Of a DNA stretch of 64,000 nucleotides, positions 12,340 through 24,759 are shown one piece after another. The translations under genes and the position numbers were made by a program. The stretch is from Vicugna vicugna (lineage: Eukaryota): positions 1,170,777 through 1,234,776 of the forward strand of contig MU058337.1 in assembly GCA_013265495.1 (NCBI GenBank). The letters are read 5' to 3'. The notes under the pieces were generated by a model. The model did no database searches, was not told the origin of the DNA, and saw nothing but the letters and a program-made list of their open reading frames with translations. Position 1 is the first letter of the stretch; the number at the start of each line of letters is the position of its first letter.

Positions 12340-13700
12340 CTACAGATGGAAAAGCAGCGATGCAGCTGTTCAGGACCCGGCGCTCCTGCTCCGCGGTGCT
12401 CCCTGCCAGCTGGCGGCAGCGGCCTGGGCTTGCGCGGCGAGCTGAGTCCTCCCAGCTGTTACGCAAAAGAAAGCAGAGGAATGTTTCTGCTCACCGGCCT
12501 TCCTTCTCAGCCACCTTAGCTTAAGCTCAATCCCAACAATGACAGCGCTCCCCAGAAGGCCACTTCTGTGACACCGCACTCCTGGGCCACGTTACGGGAA
12601 ACTCCGTCTGAGGTTACGTTCGGACGAGGTTCAGAGCCGGCGGGCGTGCTCGCTGCAGCCGGCGGAGTGAGGGATGAAGGCGGAACCTCGGTGCAGAGCA
12701 GGGGGCCTGCGGGGCGCTCACCGTGCTGCCCGCGAGCCACCAGCCCCCGCATTCTCCGCAGACAGGCAGCCAGGACGTTCACCTCGCTTGTAAATGAGGG
12801 AGGCCCAACCCGAGGAGATCGGCTGGCTGAGTTTGTGACGAAAGCTGCATTAAACAGTATTTAGGTAGATAGTCAAAAAAAACCAAAACAAAAAACCTCT
12901 GAATTAGAAATGAAATCTATAAAAGACTGAACGTGTTGCAAGAGCAGATCTTATCCGGAAGGCTAGAGCTGCAGGGAAAGGGGGGGTCACAGGATCAGGT
13001 TTTCTGGGGAGGTCACAGTGCATCCTCTTAGAAAGTGCAAAGGTCACATCACCTTTTAGAAATGTGAGAGAAAGGTTGCAGCAATGTATATTTTTCTCAG
13101 TGAAGATGAATGTATTTTGTTGTATACAAGTAACGTTTTGTACTGGCGTTTTTCTTCTCAAGGGCGATTTAATGCTCTAACTTTGGGCGGTCGCGGGAAC
13201 AAGACCCCTCCCCTCCCAGACCGGAAACTCGCCGGACACCCTCACGCTCCGGCCCCACGTCATGTGTCATCGCCTGCGTCACGGCGCGTTTGCTCGTCCT
13301 GCCCTGCTGATCCCGGCGGTTTTATGAGGTGAGGAGGAAGAGGGAGAAGGGGGATAACCGACTGGAAAGTGGGGTGTTTGCAAGATTCTCGGGGAGGGGC
13401 CTGAGGGGCTGCCCAGGCCTGCGAGGAGGTGACCGCCCGGCCTCTGGGAGGATGAGCGGAGTAGCAGGAAAGGCACCGGCCACCCGGCAAACCTCTCATT
13501 TGCTCCCTATTGTTGTTTCTGAGACACGGACCCTTCGAGCTCCCGAATCCAACCTGCACGGCAAAGCCGCAAACCCACTGGGTCTTGAGCAAGTTCACAT
13601 GAGAAAGTGGAGGGCAGGGCGGCAGGCCTGAGCGACTGGAGAACCTGCAGATCCTGCAGGGCACCATCCTTCCACCTGCTTCACGGCTCTGCTGGGATTC
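12340..13700. promoter_or_regulatory. CpG/GC-rich promoter- or enhancer-like island (two GC-rich lobes around an AT-rich spacer)
   Basis: CpG density is visibly higher than in the flanks and no repeat is recognisable. Motifs: GC box GGGCGG (~13185), ETS CCGGAAA (~13221), CRE-like ACGTCA and TGCGTCA (13257-13281), three CAGCTG E-boxes, and TTACGGGAA (12592-12600). Confidence 0.6.
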
Positions 13701-14409
13701 ATTAGCCCCTGATCCTGCCATGGGACAGGCCCTTTTATCTTCCCCAAGGGCAGCGAAAAGCTATCGTAAAACTTAGATATGCTGCCCTTGCTGGGGAGAA
13801 GGCAGGGTGACCAGTAGCATAATTATTATAGAACATGGAATGGAAAACAGATGAGAAACCAATTCATAATTTGCAAACGTCAGGAGTGCATTGCTGAAAG
13901 GAAGGAGAATGAATGAATGAATGCTGAGTTCCCTCTTAATATCATAATCATGAAATGTCCCAATTAAACAGAGTCGGAGGAAAGATAATTAAGATTTGAA
14001 AAGTAGCACTTTTCTGAAACGTCGAGGTGAAATTAATGAGCAGCATTTCTCGTGTGATACACCTTGTATTTCTGCAGTTCCTCTGGGACCCACGGATAAA
14101 GCGCTTCCAAACGCTGTCTCCCCTGGCTGCCAGTTTTACCACCAGTGGAAGTACTGCTTTAGGAAATAACAGCACACTGGCTAACACGTGACGTCTGACT
14201 CCGTAATTTATGTTCTTCAGAAGCTACAGCCGTCTTCCAGACGATTCCCAGTGAGTGTCACGCATTCATTTAAAATATCTCAACAGGAAGATTGATCTGT
14301 GAACCTGTGAAGCTGCCACGTTACTGTAAAACACCCTCTCATTTTCCCCCTCTACTGGCAGCAATAACGGCATCAACACACCTCACAAATGCTGCCACGC
14401 GCTCAGCAC

Positions 14410-14540
14410 GGTGCGTGTGCTGGGTGCCTTCCGTGTGCAGGGTACTGTGCGAGGAGGGAGACGGAGAAAGCAAAGGAAAGTCTGGGTTCAGAAGCAGACT
14501 TTCTGCTCCTGATGATCTCCATGAGCTAAAAGTCCTATCA
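14410..14540 (-). mobile_element. L2 3' terminal fragment
   Basis: TGCTGGGTGCCTTCCGTGTGCAGGGTACTGTGC...CTCCATGAGCTAAAAGTC resembles a reverse L2 terminus. Confidence 0.45.
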
Positions 14541-15486
14541 GTGCTCAAATAACCTTTTGACTGAAGTGAAGGGTTTTGGGGGGGGGATTAAGGGAGGAAA
14601 GTAACCCCCATTAAGTCAGAACAGACAGGCTGCGATAAAGAGGAGTCAAGAAGGTAGAAACAGGGGAAGAAGTAAGTTATGCCTGATATGCCTCATGGCT
14701 AGTAAATTTACAAAAACATCGAAAGAAATAGGCCTCACTGTTTTATTGATAAGATAAAAGTCATGCATCTTCTAAAGAACTATCTGCACAATTGAGTTAC
14801 CTGGTCCTAAGACAGTCTTTCTCATACAGTGGCCAAGTGCTTACACGTCATTGGACCAGATGATTTTATCTCGACTACACTGAAGGGTTTGAGGATTATG
14901 ACAAAGAATCCTAGATCATCAATTAATCTCCTGCCTCCACAGGCACAATGCTCCCTCCGTTAACATTTGTTTGGGGAGCTTCTCTTTCTCTACTGCCAAA
15001 ATCCGAGCACAAGTCCATGCTCTTACTCAAGAACAGTGGTCCTGGAAAGAAGTCTTATGTAGGAGGCCGTGGAAATGTAAGTAGAAGAAAGACCCAAATA
15101 ATGTCCAGGGCAGCAGGGAAACAGGACTTGCAGACGGTGCCTGTTGCCATGGTAAACCCACCTTCCTTTCCCAACCTAATCTCCCTTGATTTGAGAGACA
15201 AATTCTTAGTGCTAGCTGAAGCTGATCCCTATTCGGCAAACTCACGGCCAGCATCTCTTCACGCACGTCCTCCCTCACGCCAGCTCCCCACAATGTCGGG
15301 GAGCGCTAGGACATGAGACTGTGCCCGTGTGGCTCTGAGCGCCAGGCCTGGTGCTCAGCGGTCAGTCAGGGTTAGCAGTTAGCCGTGGGTCTGATTCGGC
15401 TGCTGTCCTGTGAGGAAGTGCTTTTCCCCTTCTTTCCCGAGTGTGTGTAGGACACTGACTGCATAACCAGTTCAAGATCCTCTCTT

Positions 15487-15615
15487 TTTTAAAAACAGTT
15501 TTTTGGAGGAGGCAATCAGATTTATTTATTTATTTAAATGGAGGTACTGGGGATTGAACCCAGGACCTCGCGCATGCTAAGCATGGCTCTACCCCTGACC
15601 TATCCTCTCCTCCTC
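15487..15615 (-). mobile_element. VIC-1-like camelid tRNA-derived SINE with 14-bp TSD
   Basis: The reverse strand reads GATAGGTCAGGGGTAGAG (A box)...GCATGCGCGAGGTCCTGGGTTCAATCCCCAGTACCTCC (B box) plus a (TAAA)n tail. The direct repeat CAAGATCCTCTCTT lies at 15473-15486 and 15616-15629. Confidence 0.9.
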
Positions 15616-16384
15616 CAAGATCCTCTCTTGAATAATACCTTACGTGTCCTTTGAGCCGAGCCTTACACATGACAAGAAGGTTGGGACTATTGGAATGCTA
15701 TGATGAAGCGTATTAATCAGGAAACTAAAGAATAAATACGTGGGACACAAGCCATAAAAAATGACCTGCCACTAAAAAGCTCCTCGGCCTTAGGACATCT
15801 TTCTTCTTGTTTGGGTTCCACTGTTAGTTCTCCCAGCAGCCTTGTGACTTGGCCAAATTTCTTAATAAGGGTGGACATGTTAATTGCAGAGGGTACTCAG
15901 CCCGTCTTCCATCTCAAAGTTGTCTTTAAATTTTATTGATTTCACCTACCGAATTTCTGTCACTTCAGCACTTTCTCCTCCTAATTGCTGTTCCGCATTT
16001 CCTTGAAGTGCCAGAAAAACTAATCTTCTCTAATATTAATGCCCTCTGAAAAAAAAAATCTGTTGTAAAAAGATGGTGATAAAATAAAATATGTGAGAGA
16101 GACTTTATAGAAATTCTCTGGTTTGGGCAAAGACAGAATCATTCCTGGGTGGAGAATTAACTGGAAGGGTTTCCTAATTGAAGTATTTTGCTGCATGTTT
16201 GTGACAAATGTTTTCTGTATCCCTCCCGTCTCTGAGGATCTCTTTCTCCCACTGTAGTATCTGGGGTAAAAAGAGATAATTTTGCTATTTCTCTGAGATT
16301 TATTTGCTTAACTGTGTTAATAGCACTTACATTTAGTAAAGGCTGTCTTCAGTGTAATGTATTGTTCATTCACCCTTTTTTTTC

Positions 16385-17240
16385 CCCAAAAAAACATCTA
16401 TTTGGCAGCCACTCTGTCAGGCACTGTCCCTGATCTAGGGATACGGTCGTGAACAAAACAAACAAAAACCTTTGCTTCGATAGAACTATTTGACTGGAGG
16501 GAGACAGGCAACAAGGTGAAAGGTAAATACGTAACATGTGAGATACTCCTAAATCTAAAGGGGGAAATGAATACAAAATGCCCAGATGGGGGTTGAGATG
16601 ACACTCAGATAGGATGGCCCAAGGAATGAGAAAAATAAAAAGAGGGGTCACAGGTGGTGCCATGGCATTTGACCTGAGCGCCTGGAGGAAGAGTCCATTA
16701 CCTGAAAGGGGCTGGGTTGGGAGTGGGGTCAAATGTCAGGAAGTATCAGGGTCCTGTTACATCTTTTCAGTATGAGAGTAGCGTGGGGACGGCCAGAAGT
16801 GAGTTGGACACGTGGGTCTAGAGCGAGGAATCTGGGTTAGAGAGACAAACATGGAAAACAACCTCTAGCTGAGAGTTACAGCCCGAAGGTCACCCGGGGC
16901 TCGGACCGGAGGGAGGCAGGGCGAAGCTCCGAGCCTCTAGGGGTCAGGGAGACGGAGAAATCTGCAGGGGAGCCCGGGGAGGGCAGCAGGGAAGGTGGGA
17001 GGGAGCCCAGACAAGGTGGCAACCTGAAAACCAAGAAAAGAAAACATCTTAAAGCAGAGTGCCACCTCTGTCGGATGCTACTGAGGGGAAAGAGTGCAAG
17101 GACTCAAAAGGCCAATGGATGTACAACATGGAGGCAGTGAGGACTTGAGGTTGGGGGTGGGGGTAGGAAACCAAACTGCAGTGGACTCAGGGAGAAAGGG
17201 AAGAGAGGAATTGGCTTCTAATGTGCACCAGTTTTCCTCC
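16385..17240 (-). mobile_element. L2 (L2a-like) 3' region
   Basis: CATCTATTTGGCAGCCACTCTGTCAGGCACTGT...GGGATACGGTCGTGAACAAAACAAACAAAAACC... followed by the purine-rich reverse L2 body. Confidence 0.75.
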
Positions 17241-17547
17241 AAAGCTTTTTTTATTGAGTGGATTGGCAATAAGGACTTTTTTTTTTTCCAACCAAAACAA
17301 TAAACAGGTTCTTTCCTTGCAAAAAATGTTTGAAAGACACAGGGACACTTGTTTAGCTGAGGTGTTACTTAAGCAGCTGGCAAATGCTGTCTCATTTACA
17401 GCAATCCTAGTGGCCAAGTTCCTTCAATAGGGATGTTCCCAAACAAAACTCGAATTAGCTTTCAACCCAAAACGCTTAAGCCACTTTTTTCTTGAAAATT
17501 GTAGACCAGGGTATGATTAGTAAGAAATCCTGGAAAGCTGGCATTTG

Positions 17548-17602
17548 CTTTCTTTTCTTTCTCTCTTTCCTTCTTCCTTTCTTTCTTTCTTTTTTTTTTT
17601 TT
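17548..17602. repeat. T/C-rich low-complexity tract (TTTC)n plus poly-T
   Basis: Directly visible in the sequence. Confidence 0.85.
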
Positions 17603-18823
17603 GGAATAATCTCCTAAAATCTTTTTCTCATGTGTAAGTACCAATATACCAAAGTCAGCATCATTTTTCTCTTAGTTTCTGTAGCCCTGCATGGAAAATA
17701 TTTGTCAGCCTGGGAGCGACTCAAATTTGCACTCTGTAAAAATAAAAGCTATAGCAACCTCAAGGACTGTAGAGAAAAAGTCAGAAGACATATTTGTAAA
17801 GGAGTAGTTACTAGGTTCAATTATTAGCTTTTGTGCCAAAAGGAACATAACATGCTGTGGACTCTGCTGGAACGATCGATGTATGTGTCTTTGCTATGTC
17901 AGACAATTAAAAGGATCATATTGCAGTAAAAAAAAAATTTAATGAAATCTTTCAAATCATGGCCACTGCTTGGCTTTCAAATAATAACTCATTCTCTTTC
18001 CAATGAGTGGTGCATGGGTGCCTGCCAGAGTCACCCGCAATCAGTTTCTGACTACTAGAAAGGTTCTTTTGCATGGAAGGGAAGATGAAAACATGGGCTT
18101 TGCAGCAGAATTTTGATACATCTAAGAAATCATAGATCTGATGCTGGTTAACTCCTAAAACACCAACCAGCGTTATCAGAAGATATACATCAATACGAAA
18201 CGGGGTCCTCTATTCAATCATCATTTGAAACCCACATGGGCAGCACCTTTGTACTTGGACTGTCATCCATCAGCTCGACTGTGATCAAGGAGCACCAATT
18301 CAACACTGAGTTTCTGGAGCCTAATATTTACCAAATGTGCAGCCAGGATCTGCTGCCATCCTGTCTAGCGTTAGAAAGTGGAGATCACCGGCTTCCTCCC
18401 AGTCCTGCAGTGGCTTGTGATTACGGCTGATTCGCATCTCCAATTCTCCAGGGCTGCCGCTGTCTCTCTCGTTCTGCAAAGCTCTCTAGTGTTCTAAACC
18501 TCTTTAAGTAACGTTAAATCAGTTTGCTGATTTACCACTGTGGCACTTGCCTTAATTTGGGGAGAGCCATTTTTAAAGGACACTTAAGAAATAAAAGTAA
18601 ACCTCATAATCAACTTAAAGTGGCCATCTTGCATTTGCAGTGTTATTACTTAAAATACAAAATGACCTCAGATTTTGTTTACACTTTCAGACGTCATGGA
18701 AATTTTAATATTGTCATAGACTATGCATACTATTTTCCATTAAAACGCCAATGGGCTTACTTGAAAAAATTATTCCTGAGAACAAAACAAATAGGCTATG
18801 ATCTAACTTTTTATGACTCAATG

Positions 18824-18942
18824 TAGGGTTTCCAAATTTAGCAAATTTATCCATGGGATATACTTTTAGACTGAAAAGCTATTTGCTGTTTATCATCAAG
18901 TCAAATTTAACTGGGTGTCCTGTATTTTATCTGGCAACCCAA
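18824..18942. mobile_element. Palindromic hAT-type MITE, internally deleted copy 1
   Basis: Ends TAGGGTTTCCAAATTTAGCAAAT...CAAATTTAACTGGGTGTCCTGTATTTTATCTGGCAACCC; same family as 61530-61694. Confidence 0.7.
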
Positions 18943-19103
18943 ACAGTGCCACAAAAACAGACAAAATACATACACAGCATTTTGGAGATTCGTTTTTCAA
19001 ATGAAGAAAGGAAAAAGCTTTCTTTAAGATAGCACTTCTGTTTTTCAAAACAGTGAGACAAAGCTGTTTCCAAGTATAACCCAGAAGCAGCAGGTGATCA
19101 GAG

Positions 19104-19277
19104 CAGTGGTTGTGGAGTGTGGGACGGGACCTGCAGGGTCCCTATCACCTGCGTGTGGTCAGAATGTCAAACTCTCAGGTCCCCCCAGACCACTGAGTCC
19201 GAAACTCTGGGTGGTGGAGCCCAGCAATCTGTGTTTCAACACAGATTCTGATACACATGCAAGTTTGAGATCCACTG
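19104..19277. mobile_element. MER5A hAT-Charlie MITE
   Basis: CAGTGGTT...ACTGAGTCCGAAACTCTGGGTGGTGGAGCCCAGCAATCTGTGTTTCAAC...GATTCTGATACACATGCAAGTTTGAGATCCACTG. Confidence 0.85.
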
Positions 19278-20632
19278 ACAGGCAACTTGCATTCACATCT
19301 AAAACCAACCCGAGAATGCGTATAAACTCAAGAACCTAGCTTTTGAATGTTGTTGGTTTTGTTTTCATTTTTCATGACAGACACGGAGCATTTGCGTCCT
19401 CTCTCAGTTAAACAATGAGGATGTGGACATGGGGACGGGGGAGCGGCAGAGAGAGCGTGAGGTTTTCACATGCTGTTCTGTTCAGCCCTTCATGCAAGGA
19501 CTGGCCTAAGGTAGCTTCCTCAGCACCAAGATTATGTACTGACTGCAACCTAAAGCCATTTAATCAGATCCGCTCCATCGTAAGTCAGTTTTGCCAATAG
19601 CGGGGCCCCCTTATCTAAACAATGCTTGGTAACGGCTGCTAAGTAATGTCAGGCGATGCACATGGACGCTGCCGGGTGAGACGCTGGATATAACGCTTTG
19701 CTTTCCACAGAGAAGTTTGGATCCAAGATGTCAACAAAGAGACCGTAACAAAGAGCTTCTGAAGCTCCGAATGACTGTGAACTACAGTCTCTCTCACACG
19801 TAAGAGCATTTTCATTTGGGGGGTTTGGTTGGGCACCGTATTATCTTAAGTACGTTAATAGGGAATTGCACATCCATGGGCTTAACATGTACATCTCACA
19901 CATCCTAATGATGTTAAATTAGGATGATACCACATGATAAAAAGTTATCATCTAGCTGAGGTTCACGGTTTTTTTTATCTTCTCATTTATGGTAAACTTT
20001 GGCATGGCCTGAGGTTTTTGATCAAATAAACATATGCTTTGTTTTTTTTTTAATAAAGTAATAAATATGTTAGATTTGATGCTATTAACCTTGGTCATTT
20101 CTTTCAAGTTTTCTCTCTTAGGTTCTAAATGTGAAAAATAAGTAATGTTTATGGACAATGTAATTGTCACTCTTTCCAATATAATATGATAACTTCATTT
20201 GGAGACATCTGATTAAATGTTTCATTAAATATTTATCATTTTAAAGAGGCACAACATATATGAAGACAAATAAATACAGCTGTGTGTAACTGTATTTATA
20301 ATACATATGTGTAAATATATATATTACATAGATACCACATCTGTCAACATTTAAACAAGACTGTAATCATCTAGATGATATCAGGGTTCCTCACCCTAAG
20401 TGTACACGATGGCTATTACAGAGCTGTTCAGTAAGCACACGGTCTGCCCACCCAGAAAGTCTCGAGAAAACGGGTGAGCTCTGTGGTGCCAGAGAAGGTG
20501 CCTCAAGTGACCCTGATGACAAACGTCCACTGACGGATGAGTAATTCACACACAATGAACACTTTTACTAAAACATAAGATGACAAAACATTACCCATCA
20601 CGATTTGAGCCAATAACCAATTTTCAATACAG

Positions 20633-20790
20633 ACCCTTGAACTAAACCCTGATGGACAGGTGGGCGAGTGCATGAATTAGAAAATGGTCAGTTCTCCAAG
20701 AAACCCTTGAACTAAACCCTGATGGACGTGGCATTCATCCTTGACAGGTGGGCGAGTGCATGAATTAGAAAATGGTCAGTTCTCCAAGAA
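20633..20790. repeat. Tandem duplication (70-bp and 88-bp copies differing by one 18-bp indel)
   Basis: 20633-20702 and 20703-20790 are identical except for GTGGCATTCATCCTTGAC (20728-20745). Confidence 0.95.
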
Positions 20791-22429
20791 TTTGTAAATT
20801 TCTCCAGGACAAACCGAGTCCTAACCAAAATTCTGCAAATCTAATCTGACCTGGTGTCTTTAAGAATGTGGAGACACAATGAAAACTTGGCTAGTGGGAC
20901 AGATGACCAAGCAGATGACAGTCAATCAGAGACTTTAAGTAAGCTAACCAGGTGCTGATATATTTGCATTAAGAGATGTGTTGGTTCATCTTATTGTGAA
21001 ATTTGAGAAGTTTAAAAAATAGAATGGTGGCTATTGTGTATAAACCTGTTCTCTTCACTCAAAAAAAAAAAGGAAGAAGAAAGAAAAAAACCACTTCCCT
21101 TTTATACACTGACGTTAGCTTAAAATAATGGGGAAAGTAATAAACTATATCTATTTGAAAATACAATTCCCTAATTCTATCTCCTCCCCAGGCAGCAGCA
21201 GTTATGACGAATAATTATCTTTGTGCTTCTCAAGCATAAAGAGCCCAACATTGTACTGAAATCTTATTTCAGCTCACTTCAAGGAGGGGTCTCTAAATTC
21301 CCTCATCTGTGAATACATTACTCTGTCTTCTAAAGCAAAGGAGGGGAAAGTATTCTAGAAGGCTCAAGACAGATTTGTTTCTTAAAACTCATTTCTTTGG
21401 GTCCCAAAGATTTCATGACAAATCACAAACCCATTAATATTCTTTATGGCCCAACAAATCAATATATGCTTTTGTAGGTAACATCAAAGCAAAGGAACTG
21501 GCTTTATTTTATTAAATAAATGCTTCAATATTTGCAAAAATTTATTAGACCTAAAAATGCTTCCACTGAAGAAATAAAACTATCATAAAACTAGAGAAAG
21601 AGTCATAAAAAATGGAATCATTGCAGTATTATTCCTAATATTTGATTCATGTTTAAGAAGTTCCTCAGTTGAAATGTTCAGATGGCATAATTGCTATTTC
21701 TTGCTAAATTAAACTGAGAAGCACACAATGTATTTCTTTGATGGTATAGGGCTTCTGTAGGTTTTCTTGTAGCCCTGTTTTTGTAACCAGTGTTCACAGA
21801 ATACTGAGATGGTTTGATTAAAAATGCTCACATGATTAAGTCCTTTTATTTACATGCCTAAGTACATTTGGATGGTGAGTCGTTTTATTTTTGTTTAAGA
21901 GAGAATAGTTTGAATATGAAAAGACCAAGCAAAAAATTGAACCTCGAGTTGTAAAATGTGGCATGAAATGCTATGAAATTAAGATGTAAACCATCCATCA
22001 AAGAAACGGGAAGGAAACATGTTCAGGTGGACCAAGCTCCCCTGTTCTTAAAATTCATACACCAGAGGACGGAGGAAGAGACGCGCGTGCAGGAGGAAGG
22101 GCAATGTCTGAGCAGAGGAGGAAATCTAGGCATGGAGACAGTAGGCCTGGGCACGCCCAGAGCCCTAGTTCTCCCGCTGAACCAAATTTACACGCCTGAG
22201 AGTGTTTCTCTGCTTCTGTTTAATTCACTAAACCTACTTTCAGGCAGTCACTCTGGACAGGCAAACGTCCTGGGCACGGCAAAGCTTGCAAAGATTAAGA
22301 AAAATGCTCTTGGATCTTGCAGCCTGTTATGGCCCATAAACACACGCCTGGAACACAGGCCTGGGTGTCAGAAGAGACGTACTCGGGGCCCAGGGAACTC
22401 AAGTGAGGAGCACAGAGTACCGGGTGGTG

Positions 22430-22750
22430 AGGAGTGAAACGTGAGCCCGAGGAAGGCAGCCAGTGCGCTGGGCTCCGCAGCGACAACGTGGGAGCGAGAA
22501 CGTAGAGGGAGGCACAGGTTGGACAGTCTGTGCACCGACCTATCACCGGGGATGTGCAGACATAATGGGGCGACAGAAACCAGAGAAAGCCAGGTGGGCC
22601 TTGGTATGGGTGACGATCAAAGCCACTGGGAGGAACTGGTATTTGCTTCATCTGACAGTCACTGAGGAGGACTGGAAACATCTCAGTGGATGGTGACATG
22701 GCGCGAGCTGGCTGGGCAACAGAGCAGGGAAGCTGGAGGAAGGACCGGCG
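22430..22750 (-). mobile_element. Old L2 remnant
   Basis: Purine-rich sequence with GGGCCTTG...GAGGAACTGGTATTTG...CACTGAGG...GTGACATGG, typical of reverse L2. Confidence 0.4.
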
Positions 22751-23059
22751 CTGGGGCTCGTGGGGTGTGTCAGGGAAAAACCACTGATGCCTGATTCACC
22801 CATAAACAACAAGCTCCAGCGTTCTCCACTTTTCACCCCTTGCTGTAAAATGCTTCCAAAATGACAATCTGGGCATCTGGTTAACAGCCAACTCCCCATC
22901 ATCGGTAAGGACGTGGATGTCTTCCCAGGTTGCACATGGAATCTTAAGCAGAACTCATTTTTCACAGGAGAAAGCTGCAGGTCAGATGACTAAGCCACTC
23001 TGATTCCAGGTCGAGGAGTTTTCCCTCTGCTCTGTGCTCCCCCGGAGGTGTCATCAGAC

Positions 23060-23206
23060 CCATGCTTCTCCAGTGTAGGAATCACCTGGAGATCTTGTTG
23101 AAGTGTGCTCAACCTGGGGTCTGGACTGAGACTGGACATGTATAAAGTTCCCAGGTATTGACAATGCTGGTTGATGGTCCACAGACCACACTTTGGGTGT
23201 GGAAGC
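23060..23206. mobile_element. MER5-family MITE
   Basis: GAATCACCTGGAGATCTTGTT...AAGTTCCCAGGT...GATGGTCCACAGACCACACTTTG. Confidence 0.75.
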
Positions 23207-24759
23207 ATTAAAATACTTTCTCTTTTTTTTTAGAGCTAAAGATGTTTTAATTTTCCTCCTTTCCCAAGAAGATACTTGCTTTTTGATTATGTGTTACAGG
23301 AAAAGAGGTGGGAATGGGGCAGAAATAGATCCAATATGCAGACAAGTAGCATCTTCTTCAAATATAGCGAAGATGATAATAATGCCTCCCTTACATTTAC
23401 TGGGTGGTGGTGTTAAGTTCTTTTAGAAATACTATCTCATTTGCCCCTGTCTTAATTATCTATATAGTCAAACACTTTAATAAATCATACATATATGTAT
23501 ATACATATAATTGGTACATATATAATTGAGATTACTTACATATTTATTTTGCTTATGAATTTTTATTGAGGATGACATCCAGTGATGGCTAAAAATTTCA
23601 AAGAGATGATTATACCTAATGAAAAATTCTATGTCCTCTTGGGTTATACAGAAAATAAGTAGAATTGAATCCTCAATTACTGTGTTACACAAAGTCTTGA
23701 AGAAGAGACTTGGGAATTTTGTTTATAATAAGTTACCAGATTTATCTCCTGTAAAGTGAATCAAGAAATATAAAGTATGAGTCCAACTGACCAGCAGGAA
23801 AATGGAGCATACATTCAATGATTTCCTTTAACAAGTCAGGTGAGCCTGAGATTAAGGAACAGGGTTTCAAACCCTTTTTTCCAGAACAAAGAATGGTACA
23901 TTTCAGTCTTTAGCCACCTCTACTCATCCCATGAAATTTGGCAGCACAAGGTGAGAGGATGGAGCACTGGTCCCCAAAGCTTTGCCAAACCGGAATATTC
24001 TACCCAACACGGAGCACACAGCTAGCGCAGGGCTGGGGTTTTGGTGATGAGGGTTCCAGGCTCTTCTGAGTTTCAGCTTCTTCCTTTCTTCTCAGACCAC
24101 AGTCAATGGGATTTTAATTCCCAGAGAAGAGATATTCATCTTTGACTATTTGAAACATCATAATATACATTTTAACCTTTTCCTTCCCTGATTGGACCAA
24201 CTCTAACTGTACTAAAGATTGAATAAAACAAGGTAAGCATTAACTGAGATATAGGACATCATTCATTGAGAATTGATGAATGGAAACCTTCACAAGAAGG
24301 TAAGTGGATCCACAAGTAAGAAGATATGCTCAGGACATAGCAGTTCTGTTCCAAAAGCTGGTTTGGAAACCAAAACATATTTTCCCAAAACATTACTGGT
24401 GATGGAACCCTGAGAAGTCCACTTATTAAAAATGTAACTGGATTAGTGTACTCGGACCCAGCACTCTACTGTCTAATCAGCGTGCGGTAGAAAACACACT
24501 CTGGTTTCAAACTTGGAATTGCAGGAGCAGGAGCCTGCAGTGCTGGGCACACGCAGCCCCTCCCAGCTCTGAGCCAGACGGGGGTTCCAAGGAAGGGCTG
24601 GAAGTCTGGGGCAGAAGGATGACTCAGGGTCAGGAGGAGAATATTCGTGGGTGAGGTGAAGGAGGGGCCTATCACCTGCTCCCCGCCCGCCACAGCCCCG
24701 TCTGATTCTTGTGGTTTCTCTTACTCTTTCCCCTTCCGATCCTGCCGTCCTGAAAAGCC

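Noticed and set aside
12258..13721. Cluster of overlapping ORFs up to 153 aa
   Set aside because: Stop-codon scarcity in the GC-rich island explains them; no recognisable protein.
15540..15612. tRNA gene
   Set aside because: A/B boxes are present, but so are an AT-rich tail and a TSD, and the acceptor stem is degenerate; this is a SINE.
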